Shown in pieces: positions 16,158 to 24,481 of a stretch of DNA of 25,656 nucleotides. Each line of letters starts with the position of its first letter. Position 1 is the stretch's first letter. A program made the position numbers and the translations under genes. This DNA is from a virus (lineage: Duplodnaviria > Caudoviricetes), in IMG/VR virus record IMGVR_UViG_3300033067_000753, positions 1 through 25,656 of that record; one strand, written 5' to 3'. The notes below the pieces were generated by a model. The model had not been told where the DNA came from. It did no database searches and saw only the letters and a program-made list of their open reading frames with translations.

Positions 16158-17282
16158 TCATGCTCCTAGTTCAATGAGGTCAATCTCAAGCATCAATGCA
16201 CGCGCTCTCTGCTCTGCACTTTGCGATGGCTGGCCTGCCTCGCCTTTTGCTTCGCCTATGGAATCGTTGCTAGATGCAATATCAGTCAGCGCGAAATGCG
16301 CTGGTCGATAACTCTTTAAGGGCAGAACCATCGTGCGCGGTTCTGCCGGTGTGGGTGTCACGCTCGCATCAATGCCAAGCGGCCATGATGTGATTTGATT
16401 GGCTTTGCCAACCTTCTTGCGTTCCACCAGATGAGGCGCTGTGCCGCTGCTCAGGCCAAACTTGCCCTGTGCGGCATACTCTGCAATCGCCTTCTCGTAT
16501 TCATCGCGGCGCTGTAGTTGAAACTCCAACCACACACCCACGTCATCCAACGTCATCTTGCCCGCGCCGATCTTCTTGCGCCCTATCGCGGGGTCTAGCC
16601 CGTGGTCGTAGTAAATGGCGGTCGGCTTGTCGCCGTCACCCAAATCGAAATCCGTGTCTTTGGTGAAATAGTCGCCGGTCAAATCGGTTGCGTCTGGATT
16701 GCCGAAGCGCACCAAGTAGCCGCCGAATTTGTTATCACCAAGCGCTTTAATCTCGCTGCCATAAGTCAATACGAGGTCTAATGACTTCTCGCTTGGCACA
16801 TCCACATCCGTCTCATATTCGGCGGTCATGTCCTGCACCATCGGCCCGCCTGCCGCCTCGCTCGCGCCCGCGTTATCCTCGGCCAGCGGTTGATCTGCAA
16901 CGGGTGTCCATGTCATCTCTACGCGCTGCCATGTCTCTACGGGGTCAATCCGAATCCCGTTTGCGTCTAATGTGAATGGCGCTTTGTAGTAGCGCAGGCC
17001 CTCCACAACGATAATCACGCAATCGTCATAAATGAAGGCGATATAAGCCTCGTTGTAGAACAACTCCTCATCGCTTAGGCCGATATACCGCCCAAACGCA
17101 GGAATCATCTCAATTACTTCGTGCTGAATAACGCCAATCTTGTTTTGCAAATCCAAAGACTTGCTCGACACCGGCCCGCTCATGTGAACCGCAGCGGGAG
17201 GCACAGCGCCGAGTTTGATCGCGTTGTCGTGAATAGACTGCACTAGTTGCTGATCCTGTTCGCTGTGCCGCTTGCCTGCCAT
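16158..17282 (-). CDS. Prohead (capsid maturation) protease with long N-terminal extension
   Basis: C-terminal half GGYLVRFG..DLTGDYF..YYDH..GLSSG..DASVTPTPAEPR matches the HK97-type protease pattern; directly precedes the capsid gene. Confidence 0.85.
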   Translation of the reverse strand: MAGKRHSEQDQQLVQSIHDNAIKLGAVPPAAVHMSGPVSSKSLDLQNKIGVIQHEVIEMIPAFGRYIGLSDEELFYNEAYIAFIYDDCVIIVVEGLRYYKAPFTLDANGIRIDPVETWQRVEMTWTPVADQPLAEDNAGASEAAGGPMVQDMTAEYETDVDVPSEKSLDLVLTYGSEIKALGDNKFGGYLVRFGNPDATDLTGDYFTKDTDFDLGDGDKPTAIYYDHGLDPAIGRKKIGAGKMTLDDVGVWLEFQLQRRDEYEKAIAEYAAQGKFGLSSGTAPHLVERKKVGKANQITSWPLGIDASVTPTPAEPRTMVLPLKSYRPAHFALTDIASSNDSIGEAKGEAGQPSQSAEQRARALMLEIDLIELGA

Positions 17283-17290
17283 GATTAGGG

Positions 17291-17348
17291 AAATAAAAAA
17301 CGCCCGCTCTCATGTGTCCCATTGCTGAAACACTGAGAGCGGGCGTTT
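17291..17348 (-). terminator. Intrinsic terminator/attenuator upstream of the protease-capsid genes
   Basis: 15-bp inverted repeat (17298-17312 / 17334-17348) ending in TTTTTTATTT on the - strand. Confidence 0.8.
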
Positions 17349-17391
17349 GCTCGACTGCTCTAAACCAACTCGCGGGCGTTGTCTCGACTGC
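17339..17391. repeat. Two 20-bp near-identical direct repeats
   Basis: GCGGGCGTTTGCTCGACTGC (17339-17358) and GCGGGCGTTGTCTCGACTGC (17372-17391), 18/20 identical. Confidence 0.85.
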
Positions 17392-17414
17392 GGGCTGGCT
17401 ATTTAGTTTTACCT

Positions 17415-17520
17415 AACACGTAGATAAGATTCGAACTTACGGAGAGGCGGCCAATTTGCTACCCACCGCAGCCGCCCCTTCTATGGGCTTCATCATTAAA
17501 CCACTCTGACACTACCTGTT
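17415..17520 (-). ncRNA. Non-canonical tRNA-like RNA (class II-like pseudo-tRNA)
   Basis: On the - strand: acceptor AACAGGTAG/CTACGTGTT (one G-G mismatch), D arm TCA-GAGTGGTTTAA-TGA and T arm GTAAG-TTCGAAT-CTTAT. The central region is oversized and there is no encoded CCA. Confidence 0.6.
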
Positions 17521-17526
17521 TCGGTT

Positions 17527-17538
17527 GGGCGCATTATA
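17527..17538 (-). promoter_or_regulatory. -10 box with GC-rich discriminator (stable-RNA-type promoter)
   Basis: TATAATGCGCCC on the - strand, with the -10 box ending 12 nt before the tRNA-like element; no convincing -35. Confidence 0.55.
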
Positions 17539-17560
17539 CAACGCTTATTGAGAATGGTTA

Positions 17561-17926
17561 TCAGTTAATAAACCATCCACGCGGTAGGTAAAACTCTTTC
17601 GCGCCTAGCAATACCTCGCAACGTGTTGAGGTCTTTTCTAGCACTCGGTCTATGCCTGAGTCATCCACACGAATACGCACCGTATTGGCGGCGCTATCCA
17701 TGACAAGCAAGACGCGAATAACCTTGCCATCCCAATCGGGCTTTACTTTGATACGCAGCGGCACATCATTCTGATAAACCATACTCCAAGGGAATAGAAA
17801 GAACGCCTCGCCAGATGACACGGCAACCTCTTGTTGCCCCCATGACACCTCTAATCCACGATAGCTGACAATTGGCTTTTCAAGTGGTGGGCTGTATGGC
17901 GCTTGCATTATTGTGTGTTCGCTCAT
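17561..17926 (-). CDS. Hypothetical protein
   Basis: 121-aa ORF, co-oriented and closely packed, with a weak GAG RBS. Confidence 0.6.
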   Translation of the reverse strand: MSEHTIMQAPYSPPLEKPIVSYRGLEVSWGQQEVAVSSGEAFFLFPWSMVYQNDVPLRIKVKPDWDGKVIRVLLVMDSAANTVRIRVDDSGIDRVLEKTSTRCEVLLGAKEFYLPRGWFIN

Positions 17927-17936
17927 ATCTCGTTAG

Positions 17937-18194
17937 TTATACCGCTTCTGCGCTGCCATTGGCTATCGGGTTGCGCCACGCATATCGAGTAAGCCCATTG
18001 GCCAGCGGCTCAATTTCTAAGAACCCAGAAAGCGCATGGCTAAATACCTCAAGCTGCCTATATGTATTTGCGTCAATATGATGGGTAGCTACGTAATGGT
18101 GCAGCCCATCCGCGCCTGATGCCAACTCGTATATCACATAGCGCGGTTTAGTTCGCCATCTATTCCGCCGCCGCGCTCGCTTGCCTTGTGCCAT
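17937..18194 (-). CDS. Hypothetical protein with Arg-rich N-terminus
   Basis: The ATG at 18194 overlaps the upstream stop (TGATG); begins MAQGKRARRRNRWRTKPR. Confidence 0.6.
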   Translation of the reverse strand: MAQGKRARRRNRWRTKPRYVIYELASGADGLHHYVATHHIDANTYRQLEVFSHALSGFLEIEPLANGLTRYAWRNPIANGSAEAV

Positions 18195-18370
18195 CAATTC
18201 AACCCCAGCGTCGAATCCTTCGCCACCATCCCCACGACCGGCGTAGACGTGCCTCGCGCTGCGTGTATCTGCGGCTTGCCGTCCATGTAGTTCTTCTCGA
18301 TATACGCAACGACCATCAATAACGCCTGACGCAGAACCAATAGAAACGCTCGTAGCTCGTTGTTTTGCAT
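18194..18370 (-). CDS. 58-aa hypothetical protein (not in the ORF track)
   Basis: MQNNELRAFLLVLRQALLMVVAYIEKNYMDGK...; strong AGGAGG RBS; fills the gap exactly and is coupled to the next gene. Confidence 0.7.
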   Translation of the reverse strand: MQNNELRAFLLVLRQALLMVVAYIEKNYMDGKPQIHAARGTSTPVVGMVAKDSTLGLN

Positions 18371-18378
18371 TGTGCCTC

Positions 18379-18642
18379 CTATGCCCCTATAAAAGTAGAT
18401 TGAATCGCAACGGTCAGTGTCGGGATCGTTTGCCCTTCTTCAACCTCAGCAAATGACGGGTGCGTGAGGATTAAATAAGCCGTCATCGTTTGTTCATCAA
18501 ATAGCGAACCGACAAACACCGCATTTTTAGGGATTCCCACCGTGCAGCGCAGCATCTCATAGGGCCGCGTTGACCATCCCTCGGTTATCATGTCAAGAAA
18601 TAACGTATATGAAACCGCTACACGCGCCACATTTCTACCCAT
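18379..18642 (-). CDS. Hypothetical phage protein
   Basis: 87 aa with GGAGG RBS, abutting the previous stop; GIPKNA...HPSFAEVEEGQTIP motif. Confidence 0.7.
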   Translation of the reverse strand: MGRNVARVAVSYTLFLDMITEGWSTRPYEMLRCTVGIPKNAVFVGSLFDEQTMTAYLILTHPSFAEVEEGQTIPTLTVAIQSTFIGA

Positions 18643-19119
18643 CTAACCTCCATTGAACACATTCGTTAACGCCTGATTGACAATATTGCTCACCGTGCCG
18701 TCGCCCTGCACTTGGTTAATCACGTCCTGATCTGTGCGCCACCCGCGCCGCTTGTGGAATGCCGCCTGAATGTTTGCGTCATGCACGAAGCCCGAATAGC
18801 CCGCCTTGTTCCACAACGTAGCACTACGCACCCCGCGCTGTATCGACCAGCGTCGATTGAGTGTCTGCGACGTTTTGCGCCCGTTAATGCTGCCATCCTT
18901 ACGCACCCATCGCGGCCCGTAGCCGCGCTCATACCACTGGTTAGGCCCGCCGCTTTGCCATGATCGCGGGCGATTGGCCTCGGACGCAGCCGGATACGGC
19001 GCGAGGCGGTTTTGAATTTCGGCGGCGATGGCGAATGTGGCAGCGCCGACGGCTTTGTTGAGGTCGGCGTTGAGTAGGCGGGTGAGGCTGGGTAGGCCTT
19101 CGATGGTGACGCTATTCAT
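18643..19119 (-). CDS. HK97 gp10-like neck/tail-completion protein
   Basis: Begins with SVTIEGL; TSQTLNRRW and NKAGYSGFVHD resemble the gp10-family TGxLxxS / NxxxYAxxV motifs. Confidence 0.6.
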   Translation of the reverse strand: MNSVTIEGLPSLTRLLNADLNKAVGAATFAIAAEIQNRLAPYPAASEANRPRSWQSGGPNQWYERGYGPRWVRKDGSINGRKTSQTLNRRWSIQRGVRSATLWNKAGYSGFVHDANIQAAFHKRRGWRTDQDVINQVQGDGTVSNIVNQALTNVFNGG

Positions 19120-19348
19120 GCTGTAGCCGTTTTACCTCCGCTAACAGTGCTAGTATGTCGCGGCGGGCGCTGTCTATAAATGCTTTGTCGGTTTGGGCAA
19201 TGTCTTCTGTATCGACCAACGCACCAACAAGCATAAACGTGTCCCTGTCGCCAACCTTGCAATATTCAATATCAAAATAACCACCTTTCTCAAACGGGTA
19301 AGCCGCCTCAGTACGGGCGCGGATCGCGGTCAGTTCGTCGTCGGTCAT
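19112..19348 (-). CDS. Small phage protein (Ead/Ea22-like)
   Basis: MTDDELTAIRAR...AFIDSARRDILALLAEVKRL pattern; GAGGG RBS. Confidence 0.65.
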   Translation of the reverse strand: MTDDELTAIRARTEAAYPFEKGGYFDIEYCKVGDRDTFMLVGALVDTEDIAQTDKAFIDSARRDILALLAEVKRLQHE

Positions 19349-19618
19349 TTACTTCCCCTCTCCACTCTCTTGCTCATGCAACGCGCAAAAGAAATCTTCT
19401 GCCGTCACTAGCCGCGCCATGTAATTGCTGCCATCAGCAAGCGCCGCGCCTTTGCGAATCAATGGCCGTTCTAGAAACAAAATGTCAGGCGCATAACACT
19501 CACGCACCTCGTAATCAAACGTCATTGGCTGATACGTGTCAGGGTCTAGCGGCGTGGTCATGTTGTCGTCGTTGTCTCGCGCTAGCCGCCAATGCTTGCA
19601 CGTTTTACAAGTGGTCAT
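19349..19618 (-). CDS. Small Cys-containing hypothetical protein
   Basis: CKTCKHW...C...FFC, a possible Zn-binding arrangement; ATGA coupling. Confidence 0.7.
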   Translation of the reverse strand: MTTCKTCKHWRLARDNDDNMTTPLDPDTYQPMTFDYEVRECYAPDILFLERPLIRKGAALADGSNYMARLVTAEDFFCALHEQESGEGK

Positions 19619-19818
19619 TGTGTTTTTGTATAAATTAGGTCAATTCCCCATTGCAGCGGCATAAACTTTACGATGCCCGCAACGGGAACACTGTGCTCGA
19701 TCAACCACATTTCGTCCTTGTCGTCCCATGTCGTTATCCAGTGATTGCCACTTGAGTCCACTACGAAATACTTTTGCATGGGAACTGGCGCAAGTTCGCT
19801 TATTTCAATCCATCTCAT
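19615..19818 (-). CDS. Small phage protein (DUF551-like)
   Basis: MRWIEISELAP...W...IVKFMPL pattern; GGAGG RBS. Confidence 0.6.
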   Translation of the reverse strand: MRWIEISELAPVPMQKYFVVDSSGNHWITTWDDKDEMWLIEHSVPVAGIVKFMPLQWGIDLIYTKTQ

Positions 19819-19833
19819 GCGTTCGGCCCTCCA

Positions 19834-20112
19834 TCACTTCCCCTCCTTCTTCCGCTTGCCGCCGTTGCCGCCCGCCAATGCCCCTTCCAGTTGAATAGTT
19901 ACCGGTTTGGAGATTAGCCCGCCGCCCGAAACACCCACGGACATCTGTTCTCCCTTGACCATCGCCTGACAATACAGCAGCCCGCTATCGCGCTCGCTGC
20001 CCATCGCCACGCCGCCCAATGGTTGCCACCCCGCGTTGATGGACATTGCAACAAGTTCGGAGAGTTGCGCGGGGTTGGCGTTAGTAAGGATTGTGTAGTT
20101 GGTGATTTTCAT
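19834..20112 (-). CDS. Small phage protein (DUF1737-like)
   Basis: YTIL...LSELV...INAGWQPLGGV...YCQAMVK pattern; GGAGG RBS; ATGA coupling. Confidence 0.7.
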   Translation of the reverse strand: MKITNYTILTNANPAQLSELVAMSINAGWQPLGGVAMGSERDSGLLYCQAMVKGEQMSVGVSGGGLISKPVTIQLEGALAGGNGGKRKKEGK

Positions 20113-20474
20113 TCGCTATCCTCCCAATCAATATGCGCCGCAATCATCTTGCCATACATCTCATACAGCAACGCCAGTTTGCCATCTTGCACACCATAGA
20201 CACGCTGGATATATCTTTCGGGCTGTTTGTACTCGGCATAGTTGCCCCACCCAGAAGAAACCCAATATGAGGGGGATTGCCGATGCGTAACGCGAATTTC
20301 ATTCAGCCCAAGCGCTACATTTGTTTCGATGTGTTCGGAATCACGCCATATTGGTTTGCTGGCTATACCAACTGAGCCAGCAACGGCCCAATCACTAGAT
20401 GCGCTGGCAGACAGGCCAGCAGAAACGGTTATTGATCCATTAGTTGATACTGTTGTTTCGCTCATATACCTCAC
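20109..20474 (-). CDS. Hypothetical protein
   Basis: 121-aa ORF overlapping the portal stop (GTGA); alternative ATG start at 20465. Confidence 0.6.
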   Translation of the reverse strand: MRYMSETTVSTNGSITVSAGLSASASSDWAVAGSVGIASKPIWRDSEHIETNVALGLNEIRVTHRQSPSYWVSSGWGNYAEYKQPERYIQRVYGVQDGKLALLYEMYGKMIAAHIDWEDSE

Positions 20475-22939
20475 TTCTTTACTACTTGAATCGTAGAACT
20501 ACATCGGCAGCGCGGATGCGCGGGTGGCCCTTCAATCTCGCCCCACTCCGCATCTGTTTTGCCGTTTAATGGGCCACAAATAGGACATACAAGTTCGTCC
20601 CTAAGAGAAGCCCATACCTGCTTAGTCTCAAACCCCGCATCATTCAATTGCGTCTCGTAGATGTCTGTGCCAGCCGCAGCCGCCCGCGTAATCTCCGTCA
20701 CCGCGATACTCTCGGCCCGATTCGCGCCAAACGCAGGCGATAACAGCGCCTCTACGTCGCCCCGCGTCATGTTCGGCGTATCCATGTAGCTGCTGACGGC
20801 ACGCTGAACAATCGTTCTAGTCGTGTCGTTCAGCCCGCCGATAAGGTCAAAGACGTATTTACTAGCCCACTCGCCCGCCGCCGTCGCGCTGGCTGGCACG
20901 TCTAGCCCAAACTCAGCCTCTAGCGCCCCCATGCGCCCGTATGCGTGCTTCTCCAACACCGGCCTGATTGCGTCCTGTAAATCGCTGTCGAGGTCATCGT
21001 AGCTTGGCTCACGCCCCGCCCGAACGTCTGCGCTAAATTGCCCGCCGTATTGAGCAAACACAGGCACAAGGTCATCGTATAGGGCTTGCTCCTCTGGCGT
21101 GAGCGCAAACGGGTCATCGCGCTTGAGGAACGCCGCCCCTGCAACAACCTTGCGCACATCATCGGCGTTCGTCGCCTTGCTCAGTTGCGCGTTGATGATG
21201 GCCGCAACGTCCGGCGCGATGTGGTCGGATTCGAACTTGACCGCAGCGGGTTTGCCGTTCTTGAGCGACTTCAAACTCTTCGCCTGCCATCGCTCCAAAT
21301 CGACGTATAGCGCGTCGGTTGCGATACTCTTGGCCTGTGGTGGCTGCGGCTTGTCTACCGCGCCCCCTTGCGCATCTGGTGCGGTTTGGGGCGGCATGTT
21401 TTGCGCGGGCGGCGGTTGCGGCGCTTCTATCTGCTTGGGCTTAAACGCCGTTGCCGCTGCGATCATCTGGCTAATCTCGTCAGGCGGGATTGTTGGGAAT
21501 GATTGAGTGATGACAATACGGGCGGCATCGGGCGCAAGATCACCGCCTTGCACCGCCTGCACAACCTCTAACAGGCTTGCAATCTGCGCCCCGTTTAGCG
21601 CCTGTGCCTGCACGTCAGCACCACCAGCGGCAGGCAATTGCGCGGGTTGGTCGGCTGGTGCTGTATCACTTTGTGGTGCATCGCCGTTTGCGTTCATCAT
21701 CGGCGGCGCAATAAACGCGCCCACCTCAGACACGAACATGCGCCCGCGATAGTCATTTAGTTTCTCCTTGCCGTCACTCTCGCGCAATTCGTCAATCGTC
21801 CAATACTTTGAGCGCGTCTCAGTCTGCCGCAACAGTAGGTCAACGTTGCGCGGGCGAATGTCGTCAAATGTCGCCTGTAGTTGATCGCCGTAGAAGATGG
21901 GCAAAATCTGCGAGGTCAAATCCTCAGCCAGCATCACATGATAGGGATGCACCACGTTACCCAACACCGCGTCTCCGGCGTGGTCGCTGTTGGCGCGTGA
22001 TGCGTCTGCGCTCCAATACCCTTCGGGGATGCCGAAGATACGGTCGATTTCGTTGCGCGATGCGATGCGGCTCTCAATCTGCTGAATCTTCTGCATGTCG
22101 AAGCCGAACGCATCCATCTTGAGATCACCGCTACGCGCAAAGCCGATGCCAATACCGTTGCCGAACAAGCCCTCTAGAATCTCGGCCTTGATGGTCTGAA
22201 ACTCCCCCTCTTGGATGTGTTGCGGCAACGTAATCAGCGCGTCAGGGATCGCCTTCTTGCGATCAAAAAACGCCTGCTGCCATTTCGCCATTGCGTTGTC
22301 CGTGTTCACGGCCAGCATCGCCGCGTCCAGTGGCGCAAGCCCCTGCCGCAAGTCTTGCGGGTGTGGCAGATGGCTATAGCAGATATAGCGCGGGTCAAGC
22401 TCCATCGGGTCGGCATCCGGCGCAGAGTAGTACATGTAGCGCATGAATACCTTAGCGTCAGGGATGACCTTGACCATGTGCGGCGGGATTGGCCACACTT
22501 CCGCGATGGTGTTGCTATTGCCCAATGGCGCAAAGTAGAGAAACGCCTTGCCGCTCAGTAGCATGGACATTTGCCAGAACAACATCAGGAAGGATTTGCC
22601 CATGTAGGGGTTCGGCTGATTCCACCGAGCCTCAAACGGATGGTTGATTTCTTCCGTGGTCTTTTCACCCTGTATCTTCTGAATGCTCAGGTTCGCCGCC
22701 GCAAACTCACGCGACAGCACTTGCACATCGCTATACACCCACGATGTGATTGCCGCTTGCGCTCGTGTTAGCGACGGGTTAGGGTTGCGATCCTGCCAGC
22801 CGGTGAACGTTAGCGGGTAAGTCGGCATCATGCCGCCGTAACCGCCGCTGCGTTGATTGCGCGGCGCGAATAGTTCAGCGCCACTTAGTTCTCGTTTCAT
22901 GTATCCCCACAACTGCGGTTTGTTCCTGTATATGCTCAT
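20471..22939 (-). CDS. Portal protein fused to a MuF/SPP1 gp7-like minor head domain
   Basis: The N-terminal ~410 aa are HK97-like portal (PNPYM, EVWPIPP, GLAPL, IDRIFGIP, WTIDELRE). The C-terminus has RAESIAVTEITRA, CPICGPLNG and PPAHPRCRC, which are MuF motifs. Single uninterrupted frame. Confidence 0.9.
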   Translation of the reverse strand: MSIYRNKPQLWGYMKRELSGAELFAPRNQRSGGYGGMMPTYPLTFTGWQDRNPNPSLTRAQAAITSWVYSDVQVLSREFAAANLSIQKIQGEKTTEEINHPFEARWNQPNPYMGKSFLMLFWQMSMLLSGKAFLYFAPLGNSNTIAEVWPIPPHMVKVIPDAKVFMRYMYYSAPDADPMELDPRYICYSHLPHPQDLRQGLAPLDAAMLAVNTDNAMAKWQQAFFDRKKAIPDALITLPQHIQEGEFQTIKAEILEGLFGNGIGIGFARSGDLKMDAFGFDMQKIQQIESRIASRNEIDRIFGIPEGYWSADASRANSDHAGDAVLGNVVHPYHVMLAEDLTSQILPIFYGDQLQATFDDIRPRNVDLLLRQTETRSKYWTIDELRESDGKEKLNDYRGRMFVSEVGAFIAPPMMNANGDAPQSDTAPADQPAQLPAAGGADVQAQALNGAQIASLLEVVQAVQGGDLAPDAARIVITQSFPTIPPDEISQMIAAATAFKPKQIEAPQPPPAQNMPPQTAPDAQGGAVDKPQPPQAKSIATDALYVDLERWQAKSLKSLKNGKPAAVKFESDHIAPDVAAIINAQLSKATNADDVRKVVAGAAFLKRDDPFALTPEEQALYDDLVPVFAQYGGQFSADVRAGREPSYDDLDSDLQDAIRPVLEKHAYGRMGALEAEFGLDVPASATAAGEWASKYVFDLIGGLNDTTRTIVQRAVSSYMDTPNMTRGDVEALLSPAFGANRAESIAVTEITRAAAAGTDIYETQLNDAGFETKQVWASLRDELVCPICGPLNGKTDAEWGEIEGPPAHPRCRCSSTIQVVKK

Positions 22940-22945
22940 TGCTGC

Positions 22946-24481
22946 CTACCTACCAAATGAAATTAACACTGACCGATTCGCCGCCATCAACCACGCCAGC
23001 GCGATTGCATCGCCCTTGTCCGGTGATCGCCCAATACGTTTTTTGATTTCGTCCTTCGGCTCTATCTGAATGCCGCTGCCCGTTGGCTTCCACCGTGGGG
23101 CGCATAAATCACTCAACAACTCTGCGTCATCGGGCAACGCAATCTGCGAGCCGAAATCAGGGTCTAGCGCCTCGCGCAACTTCCAATACGCCTCAGCGCG
23201 TTTGTTGACCATCTTGAGTTTGCCGCTCTTGTCGTATGCGCCCGATGCCTCGGCAAAGTTAATGGCCCTTGCGTTTGCGCCCTGCTGCCTGAGTGAGTCG
23301 TAGCACGATGAGCCTACGCCGATAACGTCTACGGCGATGAGGTCTTGCAGGTTGTCGGCGGCATCAATCGCCACCTGTGCCGCGAGTGGGCCTGTAGGCG
23401 TTTGCGATCCTGCCACGGCCACAACCGGCGCAAACCATAGGCCACGCAACACGGATACACACGTCTTATCATCGCCGCCGCGTGCAACGTCGCAGCCAAT
23501 CGCGGTGATGGGCGTGTTGGGCTTCGGTGTATCGCGCCAGCGCTTTTGTGCCTTACGCACCCAATCAGTAGGGATGACCTGCCAAATATCGTCTTGCCGT
23601 GCCGCCCGCCAATCGCCTTTTAGTGCGCTACGTAATGGTTCGGGCGTGCCATCAATCACCGACTGATACCCTGATGCCATCAATACGGGGTTATCTGTAA
23701 CCAGTGCAGGAATGAACGTGCGCGAGCGCGGGCGAACTGTCTCGCCCTTATGCTCAAAATGCGCCGCGCTTTCGACTTCGGTATCTTTGCCCTCAATTAC
23801 GGCAAACCATCGCAACTCGCCCGCCTTTGCCGGGTTGGCGTGTTGGTCATTGAGCCACGGCCCCCAATAGTGGATCACCCATTCTTCCTCTACGGCCAAC
23901 GGCGGGTTGCCTGTGCCGATGATGCGGCAGCGTTGGGTTGGGTCTGAACTTCGATTCCACGCATTTACAAAGCGGAACATAGATTCGGTGAACTGTGGCA
24001 GTTCGTCCCACGCCTTGAGGTCATGGGCGCGGCCTTGATACTTGCGCTTGTCGTTCTCGTATTGCAGTGAGCCAAACTCAATCTGTCGGTTATCGCTCAA
24101 ACGCCAAATGTGTAGCGACTCGTTATAGGAGTCTTTGCTATGTTCGATGTTGTCACGGTTGTATATCTCACGGCTGCGCTCAATCATGCTACGGGTCTGC
24201 GGGAACTCGCGGCGCAAGATTAGGCTATTGCGGTGACGTGTGCCAGCAAGACCTAACACGAGGTCGGTTTTGCCTCCACCTGCTGCTCCACCGAAGAACA
24301 TTTCATCTGCCGTGCTGTTGTATGCCATTTCTTGAGGTGAGCCGGGGAAGGGTTGCCAGATCGTAGCCCTAGTCTGCTTGGCTATCTTGTGGGCCAGCTT
24401 CGCCGCTACCATTGCGCCATAGTCCTGCGGCGGCAATAATTGGCGTAGCGAGGTCTGCCCCAAGTTCGTTGATGACATCAT
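22946..24481 (-). CDS. terL: Terminase large subunit
   Basis: Walker A GGAAGGGKT, Walker B AWDE, motif III-like GTGNP, RNase H-like nuclease GCDVARGGDD and SPDKGDA. Exact start uncertain. Confidence 0.95.
   Translation of the reverse strand: MMSSTNLGQTSLRQLLPPQDYGAMVAAKLAHKIAKQTRATIWQPFPGSPQEMAYNSTADEMFFGGAAGGGKTDLVLGLAGTRHRNSLILRREFPQTRSMIERSREIYNRDNIEHSKDSYNESLHIWRLSDNRQIEFGSLQYENDKRKYQGRAHDLKAWDELPQFTESMFRFVNAWNRSSDPTQRCRIIGTGNPPLAVEEEWVIHYWGPWLNDQHANPAKAGELRWFAVIEGKDTEVESAAHFEHKGETVRPRSRTFIPALVTDNPVLMASGYQSVIDGTPEPLRSALKGDWRAARQDDIWQVIPTDWVRKAQKRWRDTPKPNTPITAIGCDVARGGDDKTCVSVLRGLWFAPVVAVAGSQTPTGPLAAQVAIDAADNLQDLIAVDVIGVGSSCYDSLRQQGANARAINFAEASGAYDKSGKLKMVNKRAEAYWKLREALDPDFGSQIALPDDAELLSDLCAPRWKPTGSGIQIEPKDEIKKRIGRSPDKGDAIALAWLMAANRSVLISFGR

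Noticed and set aside
17415-17520. Functional standard tRNA or attachment-site scar
   Set aside because: The central region is too long and irregular for a confident tRNA call. It includes both 5' and 3' halves and no integrase is nearby, so it does not look like an att remnant. Kept as tRNA-like.
20471-21100. MuF polymorphic toxin
   Set aside because: The protein ends a few residues after HPRCRC, leaving no toxin extension.
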